Shown here: piece after piece, positions 1-15,210 of the stretch
How positions within the stretch are numbered: the stretch's first letter is position 1
Layout of the letters: every line of letters begins with the position of its first letter
Assembly: GCA_965202835.1 (NCBI GenBank)
Contig: CBDBCA010000006.1
Span: 806,035 to 870,034 of the forward strand
Direction of reading: 5' to 3'
DNA length: 64,000 nucleotides
Source: Alphaproteobacteria bacterium
GTDB taxonomy: Bacteria > Pseudomonadota > Alphaproteobacteria > MPNO01
Made by a program: the position numbers and the translations under genes
The notes under the pieces: model-generated
Seen by the model: the letters and a program-made list of their open reading frames with translations, nothing else
Database searches by the model: none
What the model was told of the DNA's origin: nothing

Positions 1-111
1 AGCATCCCGGCATACTTTCACCCGCAGCAGTCCGCGGCTGACTCCGATATTGCATCGTAATCGATTTCCGCGGACCTTGCAGCCGATCCGAACCCCCGCC
101 CCGGGTCGCCG

Positions 112-723
112 TCAATGGGCGAAGATATCCACCTCGCCCCAGCCCCCGAGGTCCAGGGCGGCTCTGTGCCCGACGAAATCGAAGCAACGTTGGGCAAGTT
201 CGGACCGCCCCTCGCGTTCCAGCATCGCGTCCAGCGCCTCTCGGATCGCGTGCAGATGAAGGACATCCACCGCGGCATATCTGCATTGCGCCTCCGTCAG
301 GGTTTCCGCTCCCCAGTCCGAGGACTGCTGTGCCTTGGAGATCTCGACACCGGTCAACTCGGCCGCGAGATCCTTCAGCGAATGGCGGTCGGTATAGGTG
401 CGAGCGATCCTTGAAGCGATCTTGGTGCAGTAGACCGGTGCCGTCCGGATCCCGAGATAGCGTTCGAGCACGGCGATGTCGAAGCGGGCAAAATGGAAGA
501 TCTTGGTGACCGCGCGGTCTTCGAGGAGTCCCACGAGTCGGGGAGCGTCGTAGGCGCCGTTCCGGAAGCGCACCAGATGTGCCTTGCCGTCGCCCGCGCT
601 CAACTGGACCAGACACAGGCGGTCCCGGCCCGGGTTGAGCCCCATCGTCTCGGTGTCGACCGCGACCGCGCCGCCGAAATCGAGGCCCGCGGGCAGGTCG
701 CCTTCGTGTATCTCTATTGCCAT
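112..723 (-). CDS. 3'-5' exonuclease, RNase D-like (short DEDD-family form)
   Basis: 203-aa ORF. It has an 'AVDTETMGL' Exo I-type motif near the N-terminus, the overall DEDD exonuclease pattern, and a GC3-rich frame. Confidence 0.75.
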   Translation of the reverse strand: MAIEIHEGDLPAGLDFGGAVAVDTETMGLNPGRDRLCLVQLSAGDGKAHLVRFRNGAYDAPRLVGLLEDRAVTKIFHFARFDIAVLERYLGIRTAPVYCTKIASRIARTYTDRHSLKDLAAELTGVEISKAQQSSDWGAETLTEAQCRYAAVDVLHLHAIREALDAMLEREGRSELAQRCFDFVGHRAALDLGGWGEVDIFAH

Positions 724-779
724 AGGCGCCGCACCACCGCCCCATCCGGGCGCCGTGGAACCGGAAGCGTGCGATCCGG

Positions 780-866
780 TGGTGCCCAGGAGAAGACTCG
801 AACTTCCACGACCTTGCGGTCACAGGTACCTGAAACCTGCGCGTCTACCAATTCCGCCACCTGGGC
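780..866 (-). tRNA. tRNA-Leu (anticodon CAG), class II with long variable arm, CCA encoded
   Basis: The reverse complement reads GCCCAGG...CCTGGGCACCA. The anticodon stem is CAGGT/ACCTG with loop TTCAGGT (anticodon CAG). It also has a TTCGAGT T-loop and a long variable arm. Confidence 0.9.
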
Positions 867-1016
867 TGATCGGCGACCGGACCCCCGCTGCGCGGGTCCG
901 TACGCCAGCGGCCGTCGGCTTGTCAACCGCTTTCGCTTCCCGCGGGAGGCACGACGCAACGATATTGACGGGTTCCGCCCCAACCGATATTAGCCGCCCG
1001 TTCGATAGGGGGCTCG

Positions 1017-1961
1017 ATGGCTACGCCCACAGCGACCGTGTTCGGCGGTTCCGGCTTCGTCGGCCGCTATACCGTGGGCGAACTGGCCCGCCGGGGTTAT
1101 CGGGTGCGCGTCGCGGTCAGGCGGCCCGACCGGGCCCTGTTCCTCAAGCCCCTTGGGGACGTCGGTCAGATCACGCCCATCGCGGCGAACATTCGCGACG
1201 ACGCATCGGTGGCCGCCGCCGTCGAGGGCGTCGACACGGTAATCAATCTCGTCGGCGTGCTTTATGAAACGGGGGCGCAGCGTTTCCAGGCGGTTCATGC
1301 CGAAGGCGCGGGGCGCATCGCGCGGTTCGCCGCCGCCGCGGGCGTCGGACGCATGATCCATGTCTCCGCCATCGGCGCCGCGCCCGACGTCGCCGCCGAG
1401 TACGCGCGGAGCAAGGCGGCCGGCGAGGAGGCGGTGCGGGAGGCGTTCTCGGCCGCCTCGATCGTCCGCCCGAGCATCGTGTTCGGCAAGGAAGACGATT
1501 TTCTCAATCGCTTCGCCTGGATCGCCCGCCTCGCGCCCGCCATCCCGCTGATCGGCGGCGGCAATACGAGATTTCAGCCGGTCTATGTCGGTGACGTCGC
1601 AGTGGGCATCGCGCGTATCGCCGAGGATGCCGGGACCGCCGGGCGGACTTACGAATTCGGCGGTCCCGAGGTCTACAGCTTCAGGGAGTTGATGGAAGCG
1701 TTGCTGCGGCATATCGGGAGGCGGCGACTGCTGCTGCCCGTTCCCGGCATCCTCGCCATGTTCCCGGCCCGGCTGATGGAACTCTCGCCTTTTCCTCCGA
1801 TGCTCACCCGGGACCAGGTCCGGATGCTGGAATGCGACAACGTCGCTTCCGGAGATGTGCCCGGGCTCGCGGATCTGGGCGTTTCGCCTACCCCGCTGGA
1901 AGCGGTGGCTCCCGAATACCTCGCGCGCTATCGCCGCGGCGGCCGCCCGCCCGGTCGTTGA
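1017..1961 (+). CDS. NAD(P)-binding SDR, complex I NDUFA9-subunit-like family protein
   Basis: 314 aa. It has an N-terminal 'VFGGSGFVGR' Rossmann motif and the typical alphaproteobacterial NDUFA9-like sequence pattern. Confidence 0.8.
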   Translation: MATPTATVFGGSGFVGRYTVGELARRGYRVRVAVRRPDRALFLKPLGDVGQITPIAANIRDDASVAAAVEGVDTVINLVGVLYETGAQRFQAVHAEGAGRIARFAAAAGVGRMIHVSAIGAAPDVAAEYARSKAAGEEAVREAFSAASIVRPSIVFGKEDDFLNRFAWIARLAPAIPLIGGGNTRFQPVYVGDVAVGIARIAEDAGTAGRTYEFGGPEVYSFRELMEALLRHIGRRRLLLPVPGILAMFPARLMELSPFPPMLTRDQVRMLECDNVASGDVPGLADLGVSPTPLEAVAPEYLARYRRGGRPPGR

Positions 1962-1962
1962 G

Positions 1963-2763
1963 CTACAGGTAGACGATCCCCAGCAGGGCCCCGCCGAGGA
2001 CCAGGCGATAGATCACGAAGGGCGTGAACGTCGCCCGTCTCAACCATCCCATCATCGCCGCGATCGCGATCAACGCCGCGACGAAGGCCATGCCGGCCGC
2101 CAGCAAAGCGTTCCATTGCAGAACCGAATCCCCCGACTCCACGAGTTCCCTCCCGGCCAGGGCGCCGGCCGCCAGAATGGTGGGAATCGACATCAGCATC
2201 GAGAAACGGGCTGCGTCCCGGCGCTCGAACCCCAGCAAACGGGCCGCGGTCATCGTGACGCCGGCGCGGCTCGCCCCCGGGATCAGCGCAAGCACCTGTG
2301 CCAGCCCGATGGCGAACGCCGTCGACAGGCCCACGTGCTCGACGCGGCGCACCGTGAGGCCGATGCGGTCCGACAAATGCAGCAGGAGTCCGAAACCCAG
2401 CATGGCCCAGGCGATGACTTCGAGGCTGTTGCGCCACCCCGTGTCGAGAAATTCGGTCATCGCATAACCCGCCGCTACGACCGGGATGGTGGCGGTCACC
2501 AGGTAGACGATCAGGCGAACGCCCGGATCCGCCATGCCCGACCTGATCCGGACAAGGCCCACGAGCATCGCGACAACGTCCCGCCACAAATATGCAAGAA
2601 CCGCGAACAGGGTGCCGACATGGACGGCGACGTCGATCGTCAGCCCCTGGTCCGGCCAGTCGCTCAGCATGGGAATCAGCCGAAGATGCCCCGAGGAGCT
2701 GATCGGCAGGAATTCCGTGACGCCCTGTACCACCGCGATCACGGCGAGCTGAAGCAGCGTCAA
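1963..2763 (-). CDS. uppP: undecaprenyl-diphosphate phosphatase
   Basis: 266-aa polytopic membrane protein with the BacA/UppP signature 'VTEFLPISSSGHL' at the N-terminus. Confidence 0.9.
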   Translation of the reverse strand: MTLLQLAVIAVVQGVTEFLPISSSGHLRLIPMLSDWPDQGLTIDVAVHVGTLFAVLAYLWRDVVAMLVGLVRIRSGMADPGVRLIVYLVTATIPVVAAGYAMTEFLDTGWRNSLEVIAWAMLGFGLLLHLSDRIGLTVRRVEHVGLSTAFAIGLAQVLALIPGASRAGVTMTAARLLGFERRDAARFSMLMSIPTILAAGALAGRELVESGDSVLQWNALLAAGMAFVAALIAIAAMMGWLRRATFTPFVIYRLVLGGALLGIVYL

Positions 2764-2830
2764 GGGCCGCTCCCCCGGTTTGCGGATCGCTCATGATAGC
2801 GGAATCGGCACGGCAAGGCCAAAGCCGGTC

Positions 2831-2857
2831 AATTTAGTCCCATTTTGGAACTAAATT
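2831..2857. promoter_or_regulatory. Perfect dyad AATTTAGT-N11-ACTAAATT (T-N11-A, LysR-box-like) in the AT-rich uppP/gltD divergent intergenic region
   Basis: Read directly from the sequence: 8-bp perfect inverted arms separated by 11 nt, inside a ~300-bp AT-rich spacer upstream of gltD. Confidence 0.4.
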
Positions 2858-3097
2858 TTGCAAGCTTCGCGTCCGGGAATCCAAATACCGGATGTGACAC
2901 GAAAATTTCGCAGTTTATTATGGCAGCAATACTGACTTATTTATCTTGATTTCTGCGCAATCCGTGCTAGATTGACGGGATAAGCAGTTCGGCCGACGCA
3001 CGGCGACCCCTCGAAGGGCTTGGCGGTGCCGACCGGCCGGCTCGCCAGGACGGCGGAGACAACAGCAACCGCCGCCGCCGAGGGAGACGGGGCGCGC

Positions 3098-4543
3098 ATG
3101 TCCGGCCGCATGTTGAAGTTTGTCGATCTGCCGCAGGCGACGCCGGAGAAACGCAGCGTCGAACTCCGCCGCGCCGACTTCGACGAGATCTACGACATCT
3201 TCACCACCGACAGGGCGGCGGCGCAGGCGAGCCGCTGCTCGCAATGCGGCGTACCCTATTGCCAGATTCACTGTCCGGTACACAACAACATCCCCGACTG
3301 GCTGATGCTGACGGCCGAAGGTCGGCTCGCGGAAGCCTATGAAGTATCTTCGGCGACCAACAACATGCCCGAGATCTGCGGCCGGATCTGCCCGCAGGAC
3401 CGATTGTGCGAAGGCAATTGCGTCATCGAGCAGTCCGGCCACGGTACGGTGACCATAGGGTCGGTCGAGCGCTACATCACGGATACCGCCTTCGAGCGAG
3501 GTTGGGTCAGGCCGCCGACGCCGGCGCGCGAACGGGGTCGCTCGGTAGGCATCATCGGCGCCGGGCCGGCGGGACTTGCCGCGGCGGAGCAGCTCCGCCG
3601 CCGCGGATACGAAATCCATGTCTACGACCGCCACGACCGCATGGGCGGGCTGTTGGTCTATGGCATCCCCAACTTCAAGCTCGAAAAGACGATCGTGGCG
3701 CGTCGCGTCGCGCTCCTGGAAGAAGGCGGCGTCGTCTTCAACCGCGGCTTCGAGGTCGGCCGCGACGCGAGCCTTAAGCAAATCCGCGAACGGCACGATG
3801 CGGTGTTGATCGCGACCGGTGTGTACCGGGCCCGCGACATCCAGGTGCCGGGCGGCGGGCTCGGCAATATCGTGGCCGCGCTTGACTATCTGATCGCCTC
3901 GAACCGCAAGGGACTCGGGGACGCGGTTCCCGCCTTCGACGACGGCCGGCTCAACGCGGCGGACAAGGATGTCGTGGTGATCGGCGGCGGCGACACGGCG
4001 ATGGACTGCGTGCGTACCGCGGTGCGGCAGGGAGCGAAATCGGTCACCTGCCTCTACCGGCGGGACCGGGAGAACATGCCGGGCTCGCGTCGCGAGGTGC
4101 AATACGCCGAGGAGGAAGGCGTCCGGTTCTCATGGCTTGCCACGCCCGAAGCCTTCGTCGGTGACGATACGGTCGCCGGCGTCCGCGCTCTGCGGGTCCA
4201 TCTCGGCGTGCCGGATGCCGCGGGGCGCCAGACGCCGGAGCCGATCGAGGGCTCGAGCTTCGTCACCGACGCGGATCTGGCGATCAAGGCGCTTGGTTTC
4301 GACCCCGAGGATTTGCCGACATTGTTCGACGCGCCGGAGTTGAAGGTAACCCGCTGGGGCACGGTCCAGATAGACCACCGCACCATGATGACCGCGATCG
4401 ACGGGGTGTTCGCGGCCGGAGATATCGTCCGCGGGGCGTCGCTCGTTGTCTGGGGTATCCGCGACGGCCGCGACGCGGCCGAGGCGATCCATGCCTATGT
4501 GGAGCAGCGCCACGCCGTCGCCGACGCGGAGGCAGCGGCGTGA
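3098..4543 (+). CDS. gltD: glutamate synthase (NADPH) small subunit
   Basis: The ORF track gives 3020..4543. I place the start at the ATG at 3098 (MSGRMLKFVDLP...). It has Cys clusters for Fe-S binding (CSQCGVPYC, CPQDRLCEGNC) and two GxGxxG dinucleotide folds (IIGAGPAG, VIGGGDTAMD). Confidence 0.9.
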   Translation: MSGRMLKFVDLPQATPEKRSVELRRADFDEIYDIFTTDRAAAQASRCSQCGVPYCQIHCPVHNNIPDWLMLTAEGRLAEAYEVSSATNNMPEICGRICPQDRLCEGNCVIEQSGHGTVTIGSVERYITDTAFERGWVRPPTPARERGRSVGIIGAGPAGLAAAEQLRRRGYEIHVYDRHDRMGGLLVYGIPNFKLEKTIVARRVALLEEGGVVFNRGFEVGRDASLKQIRERHDAVLIATGVYRARDIQVPGGGLGNIVAALDYLIASNRKGLGDAVPAFDDGRLNAADKDVVVIGGGDTAMDCVRTAVRQGAKSVTCLYRRDRENMPGSRREVQYAEEEGVRFSWLATPEAFVGDDTVAGVRALRVHLGVPDAAGRQTPEPIEGSSFVTDADLAIKALGFDPEDLPTLFDAPELKVTRWGTVQIDHRTMMTAIDGVFAAGDIVRGASLVVWGIRDGRDAAEAIHAYVEQRHAVADAEAAA

Positions 4544-4562
4544 GCGCGCCCGGGAGGATCGA

Positions 4563-9095
<4,533 letters not shown>

Positions 9096-9129
9096 GCCGC
9101 CCTTCGAGCCGCGCCCCTGGAGAGACAGC

Positions 9130-9984
9130 GTGCCCGGCACGGCGCGAAAGCTCGTTTGTCTGGGGTTCGGCTATTGCGCGCAGGCTCTCGCTCGGGCGGC
9201 TGCCGGCGAGTTCCGGGAGATTGTCGGAACCACGAGACGGGCGGAACGGGAACGCGATCTCGGCTCCGACGGATTCCCAGTCGTTCCCTACGGCGCTACC
9301 GACCTTCTCGACGGCGCGACCCACATACTGATCTCGGCCCCGCCCGAGGAGTCGGGCGACCCGGTGCTCGCCGCCCTGGGCGACGCCATCGCGAGACTCT
9401 CCGGCGTCGAGTGGATCGGTTACCTTTCGACCACGGGCGTCTACGGCGACCGGCAGGGCGACTTGGTGAGCGAGGAAGATGCGCCAAGTCCCGGCCAGGC
9501 GCGGTCCAGGCTGCGTCTCGCCGCCGAGCGTGACTGGCTCGCCTTCGGCGAAACGCAAGGTATGGCGGTTCATGTTTTCCGCCTTGCCGGGATATACGGT
9601 CCCGGCCGAAACGTGCTCGACCGGCTCGGCGCCGGCTCCGCGCGGCGGATCGTCAAACCCGGCCAGGTGTTCTCCCGGATCCATGTCGAAGACGTCGCGC
9701 AGGTGCTCCGGGCCTCGATCGCGCGACCGGACGCGGGACGGGTCTACAACGTCGCCGACGACGAACCCTCCTCCCAGGAAGAAGTGGTTGCCTTTGCCGC
9801 CTGCCTGCTCGGCATCGCGCCGCCTCCGGAGGAACCGTTCGAGACCGCGGAACTCTCCGAACTCGCGCGGAGCTTTTATGCCGAATGCCGACGGGTCCGG
9901 AACGACCGCATCAAGCGCGAGCTCGGCGTGGTGCTGCGCTATCCGACCTATCGCGAAGGACTAAGCAGCCTCGCCGCGCCGTGA
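9130..9984 (+). CDS. SDR-family NAD(P)-dependent oxidoreductase/epimerase-like protein
   Basis: 284 aa with a degenerate N-terminal Rossmann motif 'LGFGYCAQAL' and an atypical-SDR pattern. The specific function is unknown. Confidence 0.6.
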   Translation: MPGTARKLVCLGFGYCAQALARAAAGEFREIVGTTRRAERERDLGSDGFPVVPYGATDLLDGATHILISAPPEESGDPVLAALGDAIARLSGVEWIGYLSTTGVYGDRQGDLVSEEDAPSPGQARSRLRLAAERDWLAFGETQGMAVHVFRLAGIYGPGRNVLDRLGAGSARRIVKPGQVFSRIHVEDVAQVLRASIARPDAGRVYNVADDEPSSQEEVVAFAACLLGIAPPPEEPFETAELSELARSFYAECRRVRNDRIKRELGVVLRYPTYREGLSSLAAP

Positions 9985-11391
9985 ACCGCCGGTATCGACC
10001 GCGAGCAACCGGAACATCAGCAAGGCCATCAGCACGGCCGGTACGAGGTTGAAGCCGAACACGAAGGTCACGGCGTCGCCCACCGCTTCCCTGGACATCG
10101 AGTCGTCGAAACCCGCGATCGTCGTCAGCATTCCGGCAAGCGCCGCACCGAAGGCGGTGCCGAGAGAACGCACCGAGGGCAGGGACGCAGCGGTCAACCC
10201 CTCCTCGCCCGGGTCCGCCCGGGCGATGGTCCGGGTGATCAGATGAACGTTGTGGATGCCCACCCCGAAGCCGATGAAAAACGCCGAAACCGTGAGCAGC
10301 ACGAGCCCCGGCGCAGTGGTGGTCGCGGTCATAAGTGCGAGCCCCAGGAGGACGATCACCGGCCCCCACCAGAGCGCGCGGTGCTCACGGCGACCGGTCC
10401 AGCCGTTGACCATGAAGGTTCCCACCGTCCAGCCCACCGAAAGCACGATGCTGACGAAGCTGACATAGATCGGCGGCACGCCGTGAAAGATCTGGAGAAG
10501 CAGGGGCACGAACAGCGTGATCGAGGTCTGGACGCTACCGACCAGGAAGTGAATCAGCAGGCCGAGCCCGACCACTGCGGAAAGCGAGAGCGTGCGTGTC
10601 GGGAACAGAGGCGTCCGCGCCGTCCGGTCCAACCGGAACGTCGCCCAGACGAGCGCTATCGCGGCGACGATCAGGATCGCCCGTAACCAGGTGTCATCTA
10701 TCGGTCCGGCCGCCGCGACGGCGATAACCCCCGCGGTCAGCACGGTCAGCCGGAAGAACGGAAAGCCCCCGGCATGCTCGCCCCTTTGCGGCCGGGTGTC
10801 GGGAATCTTCCACCAGATCAGCGCGGCGTAGCAGGCGATGAACGGGATCAGCGACCAGAACGAGCCGCGCCACCAGCCGATCTCCGCGAACACCCCGCCG
10901 AAGACCGGACCGAGAAGCTGCGCGAACATCCAGACGCCCTGATAGGCGGCGAGAATGCGCGCCCGCAGATGCGGCGGAAACAGGACCCCGATCAGCGCCA
11001 TCGAGGCGCCGATGATCAGCCCGCCCGCGAAACCCTGGACGCCGCGCGCGGCAATCAGGGTGAAGATATCGGGCGCGAGCGCGCAACCCGCGGTGGACAG
11101 CATGAAAACGACCGCGACCGCGACATAGCCCACCCGGCGCCCGACCGCGCGGCTGATCGGTTCCACCGTCGCCGCGCCCACGATGGAGCCCACGGTGTAG
11201 ACGATCGCCGTCCACGCGTAATAGACCGCGCCACCCAGGTCGGCGACGATGGTCGGCATCACTATCGAGATCACCAGTATCTGCAGGGCGTGGAGCAGCG
11301 TGCCGAGCAGGACGATGGCCGAATAGGTCGCGTATTCCTTGTGGATCAGGTCGCGCCAGGGTCCGGCCGCGCTCCTGTCGGATGCCGCCAT
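9961..11391 (-). CDS. MFS transporter (14-TMS drug:H+ antiporter-like)
   Basis: A long hydrophobic ORF with many predicted TM segments. I chose the start at the internal Met (MAASDRS...) so that it does not overlap the upstream hydrolase gene, which ends at 11399. Confidence 0.75.
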   Translation of the reverse strand: MAASDRSAAGPWRDLIHKEYATYSAIVLLGTLLHALQILVISIVMPTIVADLGGAVYYAWTAIVYTVGSIVGAATVEPISRAVGRRVGYVAVAVVFMLSTAGCALAPDIFTLIAARGVQGFAGGLIIGASMALIGVLFPPHLRARILAAYQGVWMFAQLLGPVFGGVFAEIGWWRGSFWSLIPFIACYAALIWWKIPDTRPQRGEHAGGFPFFRLTVLTAGVIAVAAAGPIDDTWLRAILIVAAIALVWATFRLDRTARTPLFPTRTLSLSAVVGLGLLIHFLVGSVQTSITLFVPLLLQIFHGVPPIYVSFVSIVLSVGWTVGTFMVNGWTGRREHRALWWGPVIVLLGLALMTATTTAPGLVLLTVSAFFIGFGVGIHNVHLITRTIARADPGEEGLTAASLPSVRSLGTAFGAALAGMLTTIAGFDDSMSREAVGDAVTFVFGFNLVPAVLMALLMFRLLAVDTGGSRRGEAA

Positions 11392-11398
11392 GCCGGGA

Positions 11399-12172
11399 TC
11401 AGCTCTCGGCCGAGACGCAGAGCTCGTCCACCGAGGCCCATATCCGGGCGAGATCCTGCTCGCGCGCCAGCCTGTGGTCGCCGTCTGGCACGAGAAAGAC
11501 GCGGACATCCTCGCTCAGCACCTGCTCGGCGATGCGCGAGGCGGTCATCCACGGCACATCCGCGTCCCGCTTGCCGTGCAGCAGGCGGATCGGGCAGTGG
11601 ATGGCGATGGGGCGACGCAACAGGAGATGCCGTCGTCCCTCCTCGATCAGCGCGTAGGCGATCGGATAGTCCTCATCGTCGTAATCGGAGGGCACGTGGA
11701 TGACGCCCTTTTTCCGCAGCTCCGCGCGCATGTCCTCGCCGTAGCGGTTCCACATCAGGTCTTCGGTGAAATCGGGCGCCGCGGCGACGCCCACCAGTCC
11801 CGCGACGCGCTTGGGACGCGCGAGCGCCACCAGCAGCATAATCCACCCGCCCATCGAGGAACCGACGAGGACCTGGCGTCCCTGCGCCGCGTCGTCGAGC
11901 ACCGCGATCGCGTCGTCGCACCAGCTTCCGATGGTGCCGTCGAGGAAATCGCCCGAGGATTCCCCATGCCCTGAGTAGTCGAAACGGACGAACGCCCGCC
12001 CCGCCGCGCGACAGGCGGCTCCCAGCACCGTCGCCTTGGTTCCCGTCATGTCGGATCGGAAGCCGCCGAGGAACATGACACCCGGCTCGCGGCCTTCGAG
12101 CCGCCGGCACGCGATTGTCGTCCCTCCGGGGCGTGATAAGATCGCGACCGTTTCGGATCCGTCCGCGTTCAC
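11399..12172 (-). CDS. alpha/beta-fold hydrolase
   Basis: It has a 'GSSMGG' nucleophile elbow and a 'HG' oxyanion region (FDYSGHGES). The start is uncertain. The ORF track extends to 12316, but that would overlap the divergent TauE gene, and a GTG at 12172 gives a ~257-aa product. Confidence 0.65.
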   Translation of the reverse strand: MNADGSETVAILSRPGGTTIACRRLEGREPGVMFLGGFRSDMTGTKATVLGAACRAAGRAFVRFDYSGHGESSGDFLDGTIGSWCDDAIAVLDDAAQGRQVLVGSSMGGWIMLLVALARPKRVAGLVGVAAAPDFTEDLMWNRYGEDMRAELRKKGVIHVPSDYDDEDYPIAYALIEEGRRHLLLRRPIAIHCPIRLLHGKRDADVPWMTASRIAEQVLSEDVRVFLVPDGDHRLAREQDLARIWASVDELCVSAES

Positions 12173-12303
12173 AGGCGGATTTCCCGGTTTCGTTTGCGTT
12201 CGGGGGTCACCGGCGGCGTCGTTTTCCGACCTGCAGACCCTATCACCGAAACCGAAGCCACGAAAGCAGGCCGCCGCGCGCGGACGCGTTTCGGAGTGCG
12301 GCC

Positions 12304-13056
12304 ATGACGGACCCATTCATCATCGCGGCCATCGCGCTCGTATTCCTCTTCGCCGGCGGTATCAAGGGAGTCATCGGTCTCGGTCTGCCGACGGTAAGTC
12401 TCGGGCTGTTGGCGATTTTCCTCGATCTGACGACGGCGATGGCCCTGCTCACCATGCCGGCGGCGGCGACCAATGTGTGGCAGGCGGCGGTCGGCGGGAA
12501 CGCGCGGATGATCGTCCGCAGGCTGTGGCCGTTCATGCTGGCGGCGACGATCACGGTGTGGCTCGGGGCGCTGGCGCTCACCCGGGTCGACCTCGCTCTG
12601 CTGTCCGCGCTCCTCGGCCTGATCCTTCTCGCCTATGCGGGTCTCAGCCTCGGCGGGTGGCGCTTCGCGATACCGGCGCGCGCCGAGGGCTGGTCGGGGC
12701 CCCTGTTCGGCGCGGTGAACGGAATTCTCACCGGGATGACCGGGTCTTTCGTCGTTCCCGGGATCATGTATTTGCAGGCTATCGGGCTGGGTCGCGAGGC
12801 GCTGGTCCAGGCGATGGGGTTCCTGTTCGGCGCCTCGGCGCTCGCGCTGGCGGTGGCGCTGGGCGGCTCGGGACTCTTCCCCAGGGATACGGGGATCGTA
12901 TCGGCCGTCGCGCTGGTTCCCGCCCTGATCGGCATGGCGATCGGCCAACGGGTCCGCCGGCGCCTGTCCGAAGAGCGGTTCAGGCGTGTCTTTTTCGTGG
13001 GCATTCTCGCGCTCGGGGCCTATATCTTTGCCGCCGCCGTGCTGGAGCGCTGGTAA
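12304..13056 (+). CDS. TauE/SafE (TSUP) family anion permease
   Basis: Start at the ATG at 12304 (MTDPFIIAAIALVFLFAGGIKGVIGLG...). It has the typical TSUP N-terminal motif and multiple TM helices. Confidence 0.75.
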   Translation: MTDPFIIAAIALVFLFAGGIKGVIGLGLPTVSLGLLAIFLDLTTAMALLTMPAAATNVWQAAVGGNARMIVRRLWPFMLAATITVWLGALALTRVDLALLSALLGLILLAYAGLSLGGWRFAIPARAEGWSGPLFGAVNGILTGMTGSFVVPGIMYLQAIGLGREALVQAMGFLFGASALALAVALGGSGLFPRDTGIVSAVALVPALIGMAIGQRVRRRLSEERFRRVFFVGILALGAYIFAAAVLERW

Positions 13057-13131
13057 CCCGCCGCTTGTGACTGGGCCGCGATTGCGCTAAATGCGCGCGG
13101 TCCGTCCGGCGGCGTAGTCGCGAAAGGAACC

Positions 13132-15090
13132 ATGGCAACCGTAACCCAACAGCAGACGGCGCGCGTGGTCGTCACTCTCCCCGACGGCAGCCGGCGGCCG
13201 TTCGATGTCCCGCCGACGGGCGCGGACATCGCCGCGTCGATCGGCCCCGGGCTGGCCAAGGCGGCGATCGCGGTCAAGGTCGACGGCGAGGTTCGCGATC
13301 TCGCGCGGCCGATAGAGCGCGATGCCGCAGTCGAGATCGTCACGCGCCGTTCGGACGACGCACTGGAGCTGATCCGCCACGACGCCGCGCATGTGATGGC
13401 CGAGGCGGTGCAGGAATTGTTCCCCGGGACCCAGGTCACCATCGGCCCGGCGATCGAGAACGGCTTCTACTACGACTTCGCGCGCGAGACCCCGTTCTCG
13501 ACCGAGGATCTCGACGTCATCGAGCGCAAGATGCACGAGATCGTCGGCCGCGACGAGCCGATCGTCCGCGAGGTGTGGGACCGGCAGGACGCGGTCCGCC
13601 GCTTCGGGGAGCAGGGCGAGCACTACAAGGCGGAAATCATCGAAGGCCTGCCCGACGACGAGGCGGTCACGGTCTACCGGCAGGGCGAATGGCACGATTT
13701 GTGCCGCGGCCCCCATCTGCCGTCGACCGGCCATATCGGCAAGGGCTTCAAGCTGCTCAAGGTCGCGGGCGCCTATTGGCGCGGCGATTCCCGGAACGAG
13801 ATGCTGCAACGCATCTACGGCACCGCGTGGCGCGACGAAAAGGAGCTGAAGGTCCATCTCCACCAGCTCGAGGAAGCCGAGCGGCGCGACCACCGCCGGC
13901 TCGGGCGCGAGATGAACCTGTTCCACTTCCAGGAAGAGGCCCCCGGATCCGCCTTCTGGCACCCGCGGGGGTGGAGCCTCTACCTCCGCCTGATCGACTA
14001 CATGCGCCGGCGCCAGGACGCGGCGGGTTATGTCGAGATTTCCACGCCCGAGCTGATGGACCGCTCGCTGTGGGAGCTCTCCGGCCACTGGGAGACCTTC
14101 CGCGAGCACATGTTCACCTCCGAGACGGAGGACGGGCGGGTGTTCGCGGTCAAGCCGATGAACTGCCCGGGCGGCGTCCAGGTGTTCCGCCAGGGCATGA
14201 AGAGCTATCGCGACCTGCCGCTCCGCGTCGCCGAGTTCGGCCGGGTTCACCGCTACGAACCTTCGGGCGCGCTGCACGGGCTGATGCGGGTGCGCGCGTT
14301 CACCCAGGACGACGCGCACATCTTCTGCACGCCGGAGCAGATGGAGGCCGAGTGCCGGACGGTGATCGCCCTGATCATCGACATCTACCGCGATTTCGGC
14401 TTCGAGGACGTAAGTATCAAGTTCTCCGACCGGCCGGAGAAACGGATCGGCTCGGACGAGGTTTGGGACCGGCTCGAGGGCGCGCTCAGGGGCGCGCTCG
14501 ACGGGATGGGCGTGGATTACGGCGTCAACCCCGGCGAGGGCGCGTTCTACGGTCCCAAGGTCGAGTTCGTCCTGCGCGACGCGATCGGCCGCGACTGGCA
14601 ATGCGGCACGCTCCAGGTCGACCTCAACCTGCCCGAGCGGCTGGACGCCGCCTATATCGGCGAGGACGGCGAGCGCCACCGCCCGGTGATGCTGCACCGG
14701 GCGCTGTTCGGGTCGCTCGAACGCTTTCTCGGCATCCTGCTCGAACACTATGCCGGCCATCTGCCGTTCTGGCTCGCGCCGCTGCAGGCGGTGGTCGCCA
14801 CGATCACCGGCGATGCCGACGACTACGCCGGGGAGGTTGCCGCTTCCGCAAGGAAAGCCGGCTTGCAGGTGGAGCTCGACCTCAGGAACGAGAAGATCGG
14901 CTACAAGGTCCGCGAGCACAGCGTCCGCAAGGTGCCGGTCATCCTCGTGGTCGGACGCAACGAGGTCGAGGACCGTACGGTCGCCATGCGGCGCCTCGGA
15001 GGCAGGAACCAAGAAGTCCTTGCGCTGGATACGGCTATCGATAGACTTAAGTCGGAAGCTGCCGGTCCGGACCAAGACGCCGACGCGTGA
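13132..15090 (+). CDS. thrS: threonine--tRNA ligase
   Basis: 652 aa with a TGS N-terminal domain, class II aaRS motifs (FRHEPSG-like '[16 protein letters not shown]') and an anticodon-binding C-terminus. Confidence 0.95.
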   Translation: MATVTQQQTARVVVTLPDGSRRPFDVPPTGADIAASIGPGLAKAAIAVKVDGEVRDLARPIERDAAVEIVTRRSDDALELIRHDAAHVMAEAVQELFPGTQVTIGPAIENGFYYDFARETPFSTEDLDVIERKMHEIVGRDEPIVREVWDRQDAVRRFGEQGEHYKAEIIEGLPDDEAVTVYRQGEWHDLCRGPHLPSTGHIGKGFKLLKVAGAYWRGDSRNEMLQRIYGTAWRDEKELKVHLHQLEEAERRDHRRLGREMNLFHFQEEAPGSAFWHPRGWSLYLRLIDYMRRRQDAAGYVEISTPELMDRSLWELSGHWETFREHMFTSETEDGRVFAVKPMNCPGGVQVFRQGMKSYRDLPLRVAEFGRVHRYEPSGALHGLMRVRAFTQDDAHIFCTPEQMEAECRTVIALIIDIYRDFGFEDVSIKFSDRPEKRIGSDEVWDRLEGALRGALDGMGVDYGVNPGEGAFYGPKVEFVLRDAIGRDWQCGTLQVDLNLPERLDAAYIGEDGERHRPVMLHRALFGSLERFLGILLEHYAGHLPFWLAPLQAVVATITGDADDYAGEVAASARKAGLQVELDLRNEKIGYKVREHSVRKVPVILVVGRNEVEDRTVAMRRLGGRNQEVLALDTAIDRLKSEAAGPDQDADA

Positions 15091-15210
15091 CTGCAACGAA
15101 AACCGTGAAATGTTGCTTTATCGGCACGGCCCGCGCCGGATGACGCGGGCCGCATCCGTGCCGGCGGTGTCGTAAAACAGGGAGACCGGTCCATAGCAAG
15201 ACCACCCATT

